Below, piece by piece: positions 40,705-51,235 of a stretch of 64,000 bases of DNA. Within the stretch, counting starts at the first letter, position 1, and each line of letters starts with the position of its first letter. The stretch comes from Betaproteobacteria bacterium (GTDB lineage Bacteria > Pseudomonadota > Gammaproteobacteria > Burkholderiales > Sulfuricellaceae), in contig JAJFTF010000005.1 of NCBI GenBank assembly GCA_021373185.1, forward strand, positions 10,572-74,571, given 5' to 3'. The position numbers and the translations under genes were made by a program. The notes beneath the pieces were generated by a model that saw only the letters and a list, made by a program, of their open reading frames with translations, ran no database searches and was not told the origin of the DNA.

Positions 40705-40744
40705 GGTGAAATCCTTGAGATGCCTAAGTTGGTGAATAACGCGA

Positions 40745-41644
40745 TCAAACGCCCAGCAAATAAGCCACCCCACCCACGGCTGACAAACAGGTCAGCAGGT
40801 GGAACCAGCCCCACAGCACATATTTTCTTGCCAGGCGTTGTTCCGACAGGTTGGAGAGCAGGAACAGCCTGCCGTCTTTCGGCTTGCGCATCAGGTGCGT
40901 GCCGTCTTGCAGGCGAATTTCGCCATGCTGTCTGGCGACTTCGCGTTTGGCCTGGAGTACGGCGAGTTCCCATTCGCGCGGGTCGATCTCGCCGTCTTTA
41001 TTGAGATCGAAGCGTTCGTGCAGTTGCGTCTTGTCGCGCTTCCATTCGGTCAGCAGGGCGTTGAGGTCTTCCTTGAAATTGAGGCTGCTGTTGGCGCCGC
41101 CCAGTGTGGTGAATTCGCCGATGGCGTAGAGGGTGTCGAGCGGCGACAGCAGGTATTCGGTATAGCGGTAGTCGCCTTTGTTCCAGACTTGTTTATGGCT
41201 GGTGATGATTTCGGCATGATCCGGGTCGATGAAGCATTGCCCGCTGCCGTCGTCGATCAGGATGGTGTCGTCGCTCACTCCCTGGTCAACGATTTCGTAG
41301 CCTTTTTCGCTGTCTTTCTTATGCTCGATGACGTAGCGGTACCACACGCAGGGCAGCAGGGTGAGCTTGCTCAGCAGCGGGCTTTCCGGCGCTGATTTGG
41401 CATGGCCGGTGAATTCGACATAGCCCTGGGCGGCAGAGGCGATGCGCGAGGTGGGGGTGTCGAGGATCAGGCGGCTGCGGCGGGTGTTGCCCATCCAGGC
41501 AAAGAAGCCGATGAGGCCCATCAGGCCGAGAGACGCGAGCCAAGCTTCGGGTGTGCCGATTCGTGCGCCGACCGCCAGCATCAGCAGGTGCCCGCCCGAG
41601 GTGAGCAGGTTGGCGTAGTGCTGCTTCAACCCATCGAGCATCAA
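40745..41644 (-). CDS. GIDE-domain membrane protein with EF-hand-like loop
   Basis: DTPTSRIASAAQGYVE, DDGSGQC motifs; DLNKDGEIDPRE; follows lemA. Confidence 0.7.
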   Translation of the reverse strand: MMLDGLKQHYANLLTSGGHLLMLAVGARIGTPEAWLASLGLMGLIGFFAWMGNTRRSRLILDTPTSRIASAAQGYVEFTGHAKSAPESPLLSKLTLLPCVWYRYVIEHKKDSEKGYEIVDQGVSDDTILIDDGSGQCFIDPDHAEIITSHKQVWNKGDYRYTEYLLSPLDTLYAIGEFTTLGGANSSLNFKEDLNALLTEWKRDKTQLHERFDLNKDGEIDPREWELAVLQAKREVARQHGEIRLQDGTHLMRKPKDGRLFLLSNLSEQRLARKYVLWGWFHLLTCLSAVGGVAYLLGV

Positions 41645-41657
41645 AGCGCTTGTCGCG

Positions 41658-42227
41658 TTAGCTGTTGAACAGTTGCTTGACGTTGACGTCGGCGAGTTCC
41701 GCGCTGTCGAATTCGAGCAGGTCGGCGGGCTGGAAATTGAACATGCGCGCGACCATCATGTCCGGGAATTGCTCGATGCGCACGTTGTTGAGGTTGACGC
41801 TGTCATTGTAGAACTCGCGCCGGTCGGCAATGGCGTTTTCCAGGCCGGTGATGCGCCCCTGCAAGTGCTGGAAGTTTTCGTTGGCCTTGAGTTCGGGGTA
41901 GGCCTCGGCCACCGCGAACAGGTTGCCGAGCAGTCCGCGCAATGCGCCTTCCGCAGCGCCCAGCGCGCCCATGTTCTGGCTTGCGCTGGCAGTGGCGACC
42001 TGGGTGCGCGCCTTCATGACTTTTTCCAGGGTTTCCTGCTCGAATTTCATGTACTGCTTGCAGGTTTCCACCAGTTTGGGCAGCTCGTCGTGGCGCTGCT
42101 TGAGCAGCACGTCGATATTGGCCCAGGCCTTGGCGACGTTGTGCTTGAGGTTGACCAGGCCGTTGTAGAGCATGATGAAATAAATCACGGCGATGACCAG
42201 AATGGCAATCAGGACGAGAGAACTCAT
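41658..42227 (-). CDS. lemA: LemA-family protein
   Basis: AWANIDVLLKQRHD, EAYPELKAN, RREFYNDSV. Confidence 0.93.
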   Translation of the reverse strand: MSSLVLIAILVIAVIYFIMLYNGLVNLKHNVAKAWANIDVLLKQRHDELPKLVETCKQYMKFEQETLEKVMKARTQVATASASQNMGALGAAEGALRGLLGNLFAVAEAYPELKANENFQHLQGRITGLENAIADRREFYNDSVNLNNVRIEQFPDMMVARMFNFQPADLLEFDSAELADVNVKQLFNS

Positions 42228-42345
42228 GGCGGTGCCTCTTTAATGGGAAATTGGTTTCCGGCCATTCTGCCGAAGTTCGCTTCACTTCGCCAGTTTCGCT
42301 GCTATATTTAGAAGCGATGCAGCTTAAATAATAGGGGAAACGAAA

Positions 42346-43395
<1,050 letters not shown>

Positions 43396-43411
43396 GCCCT
43401 CAAAATTATTG

Positions 43412-43546
43412 AACCGCAAAGGCGCCAAGGCGCAAAGACCAAAATGAAAACAGAGTGTTGGCGGTGTCGTTCATATCGGTTTTTGGACGTGCTGTCGTGG
43501 GCCGGTATCCCGTTGGGTTTTTTTGCGCCTTGGCGTCTTTGCGGTT
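43412..43546. repeat. 25-bp inverted repeat with about 85-bp spacer (CGCAAAG-type)
   Basis: AACCGCAAAGGCGCCAAGGCGCAAA / TTTGCGCCTTGGCGTCTTTGCGGTT, 1 mismatch. Confidence 0.85.
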
Positions 43547-43602
43547 AGACGTCCCGTTTCAGAATAACGGGGCGGGTCAGTGGACTTCGGGATGCTATCG
43601 TA

Positions 43603-44415
43603 TTAACCCGCAGCCAGTCCGATCACTTCATTGAACGGCTTGCCCGGATACTGGAAGCCGACGGGGCCGTCTGGCTGGGCGTGGACGAACTGGTGCACGA
43701 ACGGGTCGGCGGAGTTGATCATTTCCGCCGCCGCACCTTCGGCCACGACCACGCCGTCGTGGACGAAGTACACGTAATCGACCACCTTCAGGGATTCCGA
43801 CACGTCGTACGTCACCACAATCGAAGTGATGCCGAGCGCATCGTTCAGGCGGCGGATCAGGTTGGCGATGGTGTTGAGCGAGATCGGGTCGAGGCCGGCA
43901 AATGGTTCGTCGTAGATGATCAGCATCGGGTCGAGGGCGGTTGCGCGAGCCAATGCCACGCGTCGTTCCATACCGCCCGACAGTTCACTCGGCATCAGGT
44001 TGTGGGCGCCGCGCAAGCCGACTGCATGCAGCTTCATCAGCACCAGATCGCGGATCATGTCTTCCGACAGGTTGGTATGTTCGCGCATCGGGAAAGCCAT
44101 ATTCTCGAAAACCGACAAATCCCCGAATAGTCCGCTCACCTGGAACATCATGCCCATTTTGCGGCGCATTGCGTACAAGGCATCGTTGTCGAGCTCATGG
44201 ACTACCTGCCCGGCGACCTTGACGCTGCCGCGCGACGGGCTGAGCTGCCCGCCGACATGGCGCAGCAGCGTGGATTTGCCGCAGCCGCTGACGCCGAGAA
44301 TAGCCACGATCTTGCCGCGCGGAATATTGAGATTGATGCCCTTGAGCACCGGTCGGTCGCCATATGAGAAATGGAGGTCGCTGATCTCGACCAGATTTTC
44401 CGTGGGTTGTGCCAA
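43603..44415 (-). CDS. mlaF: MlaF/Ttg2A-like ABC ATP-binding protein
   Basis: GVSGCGKS, ELSGGMERR, YDEPFAGLDP; TTG start 44415 after GGAG. Confidence 0.85.
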   Translation of the reverse strand: MAQPTENLVEISDLHFSYGDRPVLKGINLNIPRGKIVAILGVSGCGKSTLLRHVGGQLSPSRGSVKVAGQVVHELDNDALYAMRRKMGMMFQVSGLFGDLSVFENMAFPMREHTNLSEDMIRDLVLMKLHAVGLRGAHNLMPSELSGGMERRVALARATALDPMLIIYDEPFAGLDPISLNTIANLIRRLNDALGITSIVVTYDVSESLKVVDYVYFVHDGVVVAEGAAAEMINSADPFVHQFVHAQPDGPVGFQYPGKPFNEVIGLAAG

Positions 44416-44584
44416 AGCTTTCGCTCCCTGTTGATCTACGCTGTTGCCCGGATGTGCCGCCGGGATATTGCTGGATATTTTATCCCATATCCGTAAACAG
44501 GTGGGCATGTCCGTTTGTGCGGCAGTGAGCAGGCCGAATTAATTCAAATCCGCATCCCGTTGTCGGCCATTAAATAACATATGG

Positions 44585-44598
44585 TTGACATATGTCAG
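44585..44598. promoter_or_regulatory. Possible FNR/CRP-family site
   Basis: TTGAC-ATAT-GTCAG in divergent intergenic region. Confidence 0.35.
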
Positions 44599-44691
44599 TC
44601 ATATAAAATGGCGGTCTGATAAAATTGCATATTTCATGAATGGCCGGTGCGTATCAGGGCCATGATTAATCACACATGCAGGAAGATAGCC

Positions 44692-44919
44692 ATGCCTAAA
44701 CCCGCCACAGCCAGTGACCCCGCACTTAATTTTACCGGCATTGCCTTGGTCACCCTTTGCACCATGACGCTTTCCTTTGCCCTTCTATCCTGGTGGTTGG
44801 GAGGGGATGATTACATGGATAGCATCTATGGGCGCCATGCCATTCCCATTCTTCTTCTGGGTATTGCTGCCGGAGTGGCGATCAAACGCTTTTATTCGCG
44901 CAGAGTGCAAGTCGATTGA
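44692..44919 (+). CDS. Small two-TM hypothetical protein
   Basis: Two hydrophobic helices; followed by hairpin 44927-44960; start uncertain (44647 is an alternative). Confidence 0.5.
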   Translation: MPKPATASDPALNFTGIALVTLCTMTLSFALLSWWLGGDDYMDSIYGRHAIPILLLGIAAGVAIKRFYSRRVQVD

Positions 44920-45139
44920 TGGCGGCGCCGAGGTGCCGGGAATAGACTCGGCATCTCGGCAAGATGGTGTTTCTGGGCGCTGAATGGAGCTCCAGCACAG
45001 TGCATTGTTGGACGCGGGTTCGGTTCCCGCCAAGCCGCTTTTTCAGTCAGGCCGCCATCACCCTGTTAGCCATCCGGTACAAATCAATATCCAATCAGTT
45101 CGACGCCTGCATTTACGCGAAAGTCGTTTCCCCGCTATA

Positions 45140-45640
45140 TTATTTTCCGCTATTCCAGCGCGCGAACCAATCGGTCAACGCGCGGATTTCGCCAAGGCCG
45201 GCTAGCCGCTGATCAATGGCATCGTGATTGCCCCACACCACGTCGATCAAGGCGCCATCGGCTACGCGGGATTCGATGTCGTGGCAATAAAGCCCCAGGT
45301 CGCGCTGCACGTAGAAGCCGTAGGTGCGGCACGCCACCGGGCGCTGGGCATAGACAGGGCAGGCGCCGGTAGAGGTATCCAGCAGCGGGCAAATGATGGG
45401 CGGTGACTGCCGATTGTTCAAGACGGCCATGTTCCTGCGGATTTCTTCGAGACGTTCCGGTGCCAGGTCTGCCAAACCCTCCCGCAACAAATTCCATTCT
45501 GCCGCCGTCAATTGCGGCACATCGGCGAGCCGCCGACAACAATTGTCGCAACCCTTCCCGCACAGCCAGTCGGGGCGATCCTCCCGGATGGTTTGTACGC
45601 GCGCATCGATATTGACATGGAGTTGAACCAGCGTGGTCAT
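45140..45640 (-). CDS. YkgJ-family cysteine-cluster protein
   Basis: CGKGCDNCC, CPLLD...CPVY..RPVACRTYG. Confidence 0.85.
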   Translation of the reverse strand: MTTLVQLHVNIDARVQTIREDRPDWLCGKGCDNCCRRLADVPQLTAAEWNLLREGLADLAPERLEEIRRNMAVLNNRQSPPIICPLLDTSTGACPVYAQRPVACRTYGFYVQRDLGLYCHDIESRVADGALIDVVWGNHDAIDQRLAGLGEIRALTDWFARWNSGK

Positions 45641-45678
45641 GTTTTCACTCAAATCGCCCCCTTCATCTGCGGGCGGTT

Positions 45679-48183
45679 TTATTCAATTCTGCGCTCATCG
45701 CCAGTGCTTGCGGATTCCTCCTGTCCACGCGGCAAATGAACGTAGAAGCGGCTACCTTGGTCTTCCCCGGCAGATTCCGCCGTGATATGTCCACCGTGAT
45801 GCTCGGCGATCTTGCGGCATAGCGCCAGCCCGATGCCGGTGCCCTCGTAGGCTGCTTGTGTTTGCAGGCGCTGAAATACCTGGAACAGCCGGTGAATCTG
45901 GTCAGGGAGAATGCCGACGCCGTTGTCGGCGACACTCAGACGCCATTCCTTGTCGATTGTTTCGCTGCGCACGATGATTTCCGGCTTGCGCCCGGCAACG
46001 CGGTATTTGACCGCATTGCCGATCAGGTTCTGGATCAGCCGCATCATTTCGTCACGGCTGACGAAAACACGAGGCCAGTCCCCGGTGACTTTTATTTCGG
46101 CCTGCGCTTCGGCGATGGCCGGTTGCAGGAACCGCAATGCCTCGTCGAGCAGCGCACGGCTCTCGACCCATTCCGGCGGTTCGCCCTTGCGGCCCACCCG
46201 CGAGTATTCGAGCAGCGCCAGCAGCATCTTGTCGAGGCGCTGTGCGCCGTCGATGGCGAAGTTGAAGAATTCGCGCTTGTCGCCGTCGAGTTGCCCGGCA
46301 AGCCGCTTTTCGAGCAGTTGCAGGTAGCTGGAGATCATGCGCAATGGCTGGCGCATGTCGTGCGAGATGGCGTAGCTGAACTGCTCCAGTTCGGCGTTGG
46401 AACGCTTGAGTTCCTGCATCACCAGTTTGCGCTCGGTGATATCGAGCGCCACACCGCGCAGCCCGATGATGGCGCCGCTGGCATCGCGCATTGCTTCCCC
46501 GCGCGCCAGCATCCAGCCTTTGCTGTCGCCTGTCTTAATCATTTCGAGTTCGAGTTCGTAGGGAATTCCCGTTTCCCGTGTATTTCGCACCGCTTCATTC
46601 AATTTATCCCAGCTTTTGGGAGTGAACAGCTTTTGGTGCACGGGGTAATCTGGCGGCAGCATATCGGGGGGTAAACCAAACATGCGGTAAAGTTCCTCCG
46701 ACCAGGTGACCTGGTTGGTCGCGACATCCAGGCGCCAGCTACCCATGTGAGCGATTCGCTGCGCTTCCTGCAGTTCCTCGGTGGTTCGCCGCAACGCCGC
46801 CTCCGCCTGCTTGCGCTCGGTGATATCCACGTCCATGCAGGCAAAGCCGAGCCGTTCGTCCTCCATGGGGATGGCGAAAATGGTGGATAGCGTCCAGCAC
46901 ACGCGACCATTCCGGGTGTGGATTTCCACTTCATAGGGGCCGTAGGGTTCGCCGCTCTCCCGAATCCGGCCAAGAACCCGAAGGAATTCGGCGGTCTCCC
47001 CGGGGTTAAAGATAAGGGTATCGAGGGTTTTACCGATCGCTTCCTCGGCCCGCCAGCCAAACAGCCTTTCGGAGGCGGGATTCCAGTAGGTTACCCGGCC
47101 ATCGGCGTCATACCACTGGATGGCGACGTTGGGCGTATGGTCGAGGTTGGCCCGGAGCTGGGCTTCGCTGCGGGCAAGTTTGCGCTCGGCTTCTTTACGC
47201 TCTGCAATCTGTTTGCGGAGTGTGCGATTCCAAATGAGGATGCCGGAAATGGCGACCAGAACGATGAAAAGCACGCCCCCTGCAACGGCCCAAAATCGCC
47301 AGTCAGAGAGAATGCTCTGGCTGGAAGCATTAATCCAGCGTTTGTGAATTTCCTGCCGCTCGGCATTGGTGACCGCACCAAGCCCTTTTTGGAGGACGCT
47401 GAGCAACACGGGTTCGTCTATGGGAACGCCCATCGAAAGCCGGATATCAAAAGCCGTTTCGCCCGCCACACGGAGATTGGTGATGCCTTTCTGCGTGATT
47501 AAGTAGGACGCTGTCGCAAGATCGATGACCGCAGCATCGGAACGCCCGAAAGAAACGCTCAATAGCGCCGAGAGGTCGTCAGGAACCAAATCAGGCGCAT
47601 ATCCGAGATTTTTATTTGTGAGACTTTCCGTAACGGCATAACTTTTTACCAGAGAAACTCTCAGCCCGGACAGGTTTTCCTCCCGCATCTGGCCGGAACG
47701 ATCCTTTCTCGTGACAATGACATTCGGTACGGAAATGAAAGGCTCCGTGAAAGCAAGGAAAGTAGATCGCTGTGGGGTCTTTGTGACGGCGTTGACGATG
47801 TGTACTTCCCCGCTGCGTACCTTCTTGAAGATATCGTCCAGAGAAGAAAACCGTTCCTGCTTGAAGTGGACGCCAAGCTTTGATTCAAGCAGGAGAATGT
47901 AATCGTGGGCAAGGCCTGTGGGTTGATCTTTTGAGTCAAGGAATACGAATGGCGCATAACCGGTCTCAACAGCAAGGACGATGCGTGATTGGTTATTTGT
48001 GAGCCAGAGGCGCTCTTCGGGAGTCAATATTTCTTCGGCGCTACTGCTGCTACAGGCAAAGCCCGTAAAGAAAATGCTCAGGAGTGCATAGATCAGGGCG
48101 AAACAACGTATTTTACTAACCTTACCGACCATTGGCAGTGGAGTGGTCGTCACCGTTTTCCGGTTGTCTGGCATGGCGTTCAC
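45679..48183 (-). CDS. Sensor histidine kinase (periplasmic PBP domain, TM, 2 PAS, HisKA, HATPase)
   Basis: ISHDMRQPLR H-box, NLIGNAVKY, DNGVGI, GTGIGL; start uncertain. Confidence 0.9.
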   Translation of the reverse strand: MNAMPDNRKTVTTTPLPMVGKVSKIRCFALIYALLSIFFTGFACSSSSAEEILTPEERLWLTNNQSRIVLAVETGYAPFVFLDSKDQPTGLAHDYILLLESKLGVHFKQERFSSLDDIFKKVRSGEVHIVNAVTKTPQRSTFLAFTEPFISVPNVIVTRKDRSGQMREENLSGLRVSLVKSYAVTESLTNKNLGYAPDLVPDDLSALLSVSFGRSDAAVIDLATASYLITQKGITNLRVAGETAFDIRLSMGVPIDEPVLLSVLQKGLGAVTNAERQEIHKRWINASSQSILSDWRFWAVAGGVLFIVLVAISGILIWNRTLRKQIAERKEAERKLARSEAQLRANLDHTPNVAIQWYDADGRVTYWNPASERLFGWRAEEAIGKTLDTLIFNPGETAEFLRVLGRIRESGEPYGPYEVEIHTRNGRVCWTLSTIFAIPMEDERLGFACMDVDITERKQAEAALRRTTEELQEAQRIAHMGSWRLDVATNQVTWSEELYRMFGLPPDMLPPDYPVHQKLFTPKSWDKLNEAVRNTRETGIPYELELEMIKTGDSKGWMLARGEAMRDASGAIIGLRGVALDITERKLVMQELKRSNAELEQFSYAISHDMRQPLRMISSYLQLLEKRLAGQLDGDKREFFNFAIDGAQRLDKMLLALLEYSRVGRKGEPPEWVESRALLDEALRFLQPAIAEAQAEIKVTGDWPRVFVSRDEMMRLIQNLIGNAVKYRVAGRKPEIIVRSETIDKEWRLSVADNGVGILPDQIHRLFQVFQRLQTQAAYEGTGIGLALCRKIAEHHGGHITAESAGEDQGSRFYVHLPRGQEESASTGDERRIE

Positions 48184-48437
48184 GAGGATTCAAAGGTCAG
48201 AGTAATAATGAATACAGTATAGCTTTTCCGACTGTATTTTACCTTTGTTTGAGTGACAATTTCTGGCACTTCTCCGGTTAAAATCATGAATTCAACGTGT
48301 CTCGACCATCCGTAATTGGCCAGTTACAATCAGGAACTGGAATGGCAGATTGCCGAACTTTTTGCGGTGAATTTTCAAGTCAAGTTGCGCCAGTTTCGCG
48401 AATTTAACGGATTGGGTTTCGCCTGATCGGGGGAGCG

Positions 48438-49622
48438 ATGTATAGAAACCATGTGATTCATTATTCACGTCTACTCGCCGTAGTGAGTATTTTTCTCGCA
48501 GGAATGGTTGCCCCCTCTGCCTTTGCGCAGGAAGACGAAAAAACATCCTGGCAATTCAATGGCGCAATCCGCGGGAATTATCAATATTTGGACTATGCGC
48601 CAAGCCGTAAGGGCGTATTTGAGTTCGATACGCTTATTGGCAAGGTTGCTTACGACGATGGGTCGATAATCGGATCGGGACAGATACGTTATTACAGATA
48701 CTCCAAACGAATGACAGGCGGTACGGATTCAGGCGAGATGGTGTTTCTGCAACATCTTTGGATGGGATATCGTTTTGTGGACAAGAGCGAACTGACTGTA
48801 GGGCTAAGTTCACAACCTTTTGGCCTTTACCCTTATGCCGGAAATAATCTCCTGGAATCCATGGCGTATTGGGCCGGGTACGAAGACACTCAAAGCCTTG
48901 GCCTCAAGTATTCGCGCAAAGATGGCGCGTTGGAAACACAGTTGGCCATTTATCCGAGTGATGGCGGCTACGGCTGGGCGTCAGTCTCGAGTGGCAACTC
49001 GCTGGAAAGGGAATCGGCACGGTATAGCTATCACGCCGTTAATGGCAACCAGGAGAGCAATACTGCTGTCGCCCGAGTTGCTTATGACATTCAGCACGGC
49101 AAGGATAGAACGTCGGAGATCGGGCTTTCCTATCTCAATGGCAGGATCGATAGCACGATCAATCAGGGTGGCAGCAGGGACGCGATGGCAGCCCACTATG
49201 CGGGCTCATTTGGCAAGCTGGGGGTTAGGCTGCAAGCCATGCAATATAACTATCGGCTCAGTGGTTCGCCGACGACGATATTAATTGGTTCCTATGGTTA
49301 CTCCAATGAACTCGCCACCAAGGGAAACATCTATATTGCCAACGTCAGCTACGCACTTGATGGCAGCATTGGCGCTCTCGGCGGCTTCACTGTTTACAAC
49401 GATTACAGCGTACTAAACAAGAGTGCAGCCGGTCTTGTTGATTCTTCCCAGAATGTTACCGGTGTCTCGGCTACCGCCGGAAAATTGCGTGTCTATGTTG
49501 ATTACATGCAAGGCAAAAATTCGACATTTATGTCCCCCAGAGGCTATACCGGGTTAGGCACGGGCGCAGAAACCAATAATACGGGCAAACGCCTCAATAT
49601 AAACGTCGGTTATTACTTCTAG
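48438..49622 (+). CDS. Putative outer-membrane beta-barrel/porin
   Basis: Signal peptide, Tyr/Gly-rich alternating strands, C-terminal VGYYF. Confidence 0.7.
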   Translation: MYRNHVIHYSRLLAVVSIFLAGMVAPSAFAQEDEKTSWQFNGAIRGNYQYLDYAPSRKGVFEFDTLIGKVAYDDGSIIGSGQIRYYRYSKRMTGGTDSGEMVFLQHLWMGYRFVDKSELTVGLSSQPFGLYPYAGNNLLESMAYWAGYEDTQSLGLKYSRKDGALETQLAIYPSDGGYGWASVSSGNSLERESARYSYHAVNGNQESNTAVARVAYDIQHGKDRTSEIGLSYLNGRIDSTINQGGSRDAMAAHYAGSFGKLGVRLQAMQYNYRLSGSPTTILIGSYGYSNELATKGNIYIANVSYALDGSIGALGGFTVYNDYSVLNKSAAGLVDSSQNVTGVSATAGKLRVYVDYMQGKNSTFMSPRGYTGLGTGAETNNTGKRLNINVGYYF

Positions 49623-49637
49623 CTTTGCGACGTATTT

Positions 49638-50645
49638 TCAAATATCTGCCGCCAGCGTTCGCGCTCGCAACTGCCCGCAGCCGCCTTCCACATCCTGCCC
49701 CGCAGAGTGGCGCAACGTGGTGATGATGCCTTGCTGGTGCAAGCTGCGCGCTATTTCGGCCATCCGTTCCCAACCGGGGCGCTTGTAGTCGAAGCCGTCA
49801 ACGCTGTTGTAGGGGATCATGTTCATGATTGCGTATTTGCCGGCCAGCAGGCGTGCAATCCCTTCCAGTTCTGCATTCGTGTCATTGATCCCTTCAAGCA
49901 GGGTCCACTGGTACTGAATTGGGTAGCCGGTGCTGCGGGCATAGACTTCGCCCAGTTCGACCAGTTTATCCGGTGTGATGTCCGGTGCCTTGGGGAGCAG
50001 ATTCCGGCGCAGGGCGGCGTCGGTGGTATGCAGGGAGATGGCCAGGGCAGGCTTCACCGTGGCCTGTGACAGCCGCTCGAACACGCGCCGATCGCCGACG
50101 GTGGAAAAGACCAGGTTTTTGTGGCCGATGCCGCCCTCTGTGCCGAGCAGGTCAATGGCCTCCAGCACATTGTCCAGATTGTGAGCCGGTTCTCCCATGC
50201 CCATGAACACGACCTTCTTCACTGCCCGGCGGCTGCGGGCCAGAATCACCTGAGCGACGATTTCGGCGCTGCCCAGGTGGCGCAGTAAACCGTTGCGGCC
50301 AGTCATACAGAATACGCAGCCTACGGCACAGCCGACTTGGGTAGAGACGCACAGCCCCTCTCGGGGCAACAGCACGCTTTCCACCGTCTGGCCATCCATC
50401 AGCTCTACCAGCAACCGGATCGAGCCATCTTCACCGGTGTGCTCGGAATGCAGACGCGCCAACCCCTGCAAATCGGCGGTGAGGCCGGGTATGGCATCAC
50501 GCAAGGCCAAGGGCAGGAAGTTCTCGGCGCGCCGTTTTTTGGTGCCCAGGGGCAGACCCTGAGCCCAGGATCGTAGCACGCGCCCCTCATGGCACGGCGC
50601 AGCGCCTAGGTCGCGCAGACGTTGTCGGATATGTTGGATACGCAT
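49638..50645 (-). CDS. RlmN/Cfr-family radical SAM RNA methyltransferase (short paralog)
   Basis: CVSTQVGCAVGCVFC, MGMGEP, GCGQL. Confidence 0.9.
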   Translation of the reverse strand: MRIQHIRQRLRDLGAAPCHEGRVLRSWAQGLPLGTKKRRAENFLPLALRDAIPGLTADLQGLARLHSEHTGEDGSIRLLVELMDGQTVESVLLPREGLCVSTQVGCAVGCVFCMTGRNGLLRHLGSAEIVAQVILARSRRAVKKVVFMGMGEPAHNLDNVLEAIDLLGTEGGIGHKNLVFSTVGDRRVFERLSQATVKPALAISLHTTDAALRRNLLPKAPDITPDKLVELGEVYARSTGYPIQYQWTLLEGINDTNAELEGIARLLAGKYAIMNMIPYNSVDGFDYKRPGWERMAEIARSLHQQGIITTLRHSAGQDVEGGCGQLRARTLAADI

Positions 50646-50720
50646 GGATGCCGCTGGTTGAGTTCCTTAGAATTTGCTTAACCACTCCAGAGATGGAAGC
50701 CCCGTTAACAGCCAGAAAAC

Positions 50721-50759
50721 AAAAAAACCGCGCCTGTGTTGCCACGCAGCGCGGTTTTT
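50721..50759 (-). terminator. ssrA terminator
   Basis: AAAAACCGCGC...GCGCGGTTTTTTT on minus strand. Confidence 0.8.
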
Positions 50760-50792
50760 ATTGTAACATATTGATTTATAACGATATTTTAT

Positions 50793-51165
50793 TGGTGGAG
50801 GCGGGGGGAATCGAACCCCCGTCCGCAAGCCCTCTACAGGCAGTTCTACATACTTAGTCCGATTATTTGATTTCGCCCGAACCACGCCAACCGAACAGGC
50901 TGGATTCACGCTAGTTGCCTTAAGTTTAGTATCGGTTCAAGCAACCCGGACCGACACGAGTCTCTGTGAATGACTCTGCTCTTTCCACCTTGCGGCTTCA
51001 AGCCGGCCCAGAGACCAACCGGTGCAGAGTCTAACCGTCAATTAAGCGGCTAGAGCGTAGTTTTCGTCGTTTGCGACTAGTTTTTTTCAGATGGATTTAC
51101 GAGGTAACTGAGCCTCGGTATGCCCTACACTGCTTTGCAACCCACGTCGAAACCGGGTCGCCCCC
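50793..51165 (-). ncRNA. ssrA: tmRNA
   Basis: 5' GGGGGCGACCCGGTTTCGAC, tag ORF ANDENYALAA*, 3' GGTTCGATTCCCCCCGCCTCCACCA with G3.U pair. Confidence 0.98.
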
Positions 51166-51235
51166 ATGCGTACACTAAGACGAACCCTGCAAGCAAAAGT
51201 TCAATCTACTTGCGAATACTAGCAGGATTGGGTTG

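Noticed and set aside
45008-45033. T-arm-like hairpin GCGGG-TTCGGTT-CCCGC resembling a tRNA/tmRNA 3' fragment
   Set aside because: There is no acceptor stem or CCA, the sequence differs from the local ssrA 3' end, and it lies on the opposite strand, so it is not an att duplication of ssrA.
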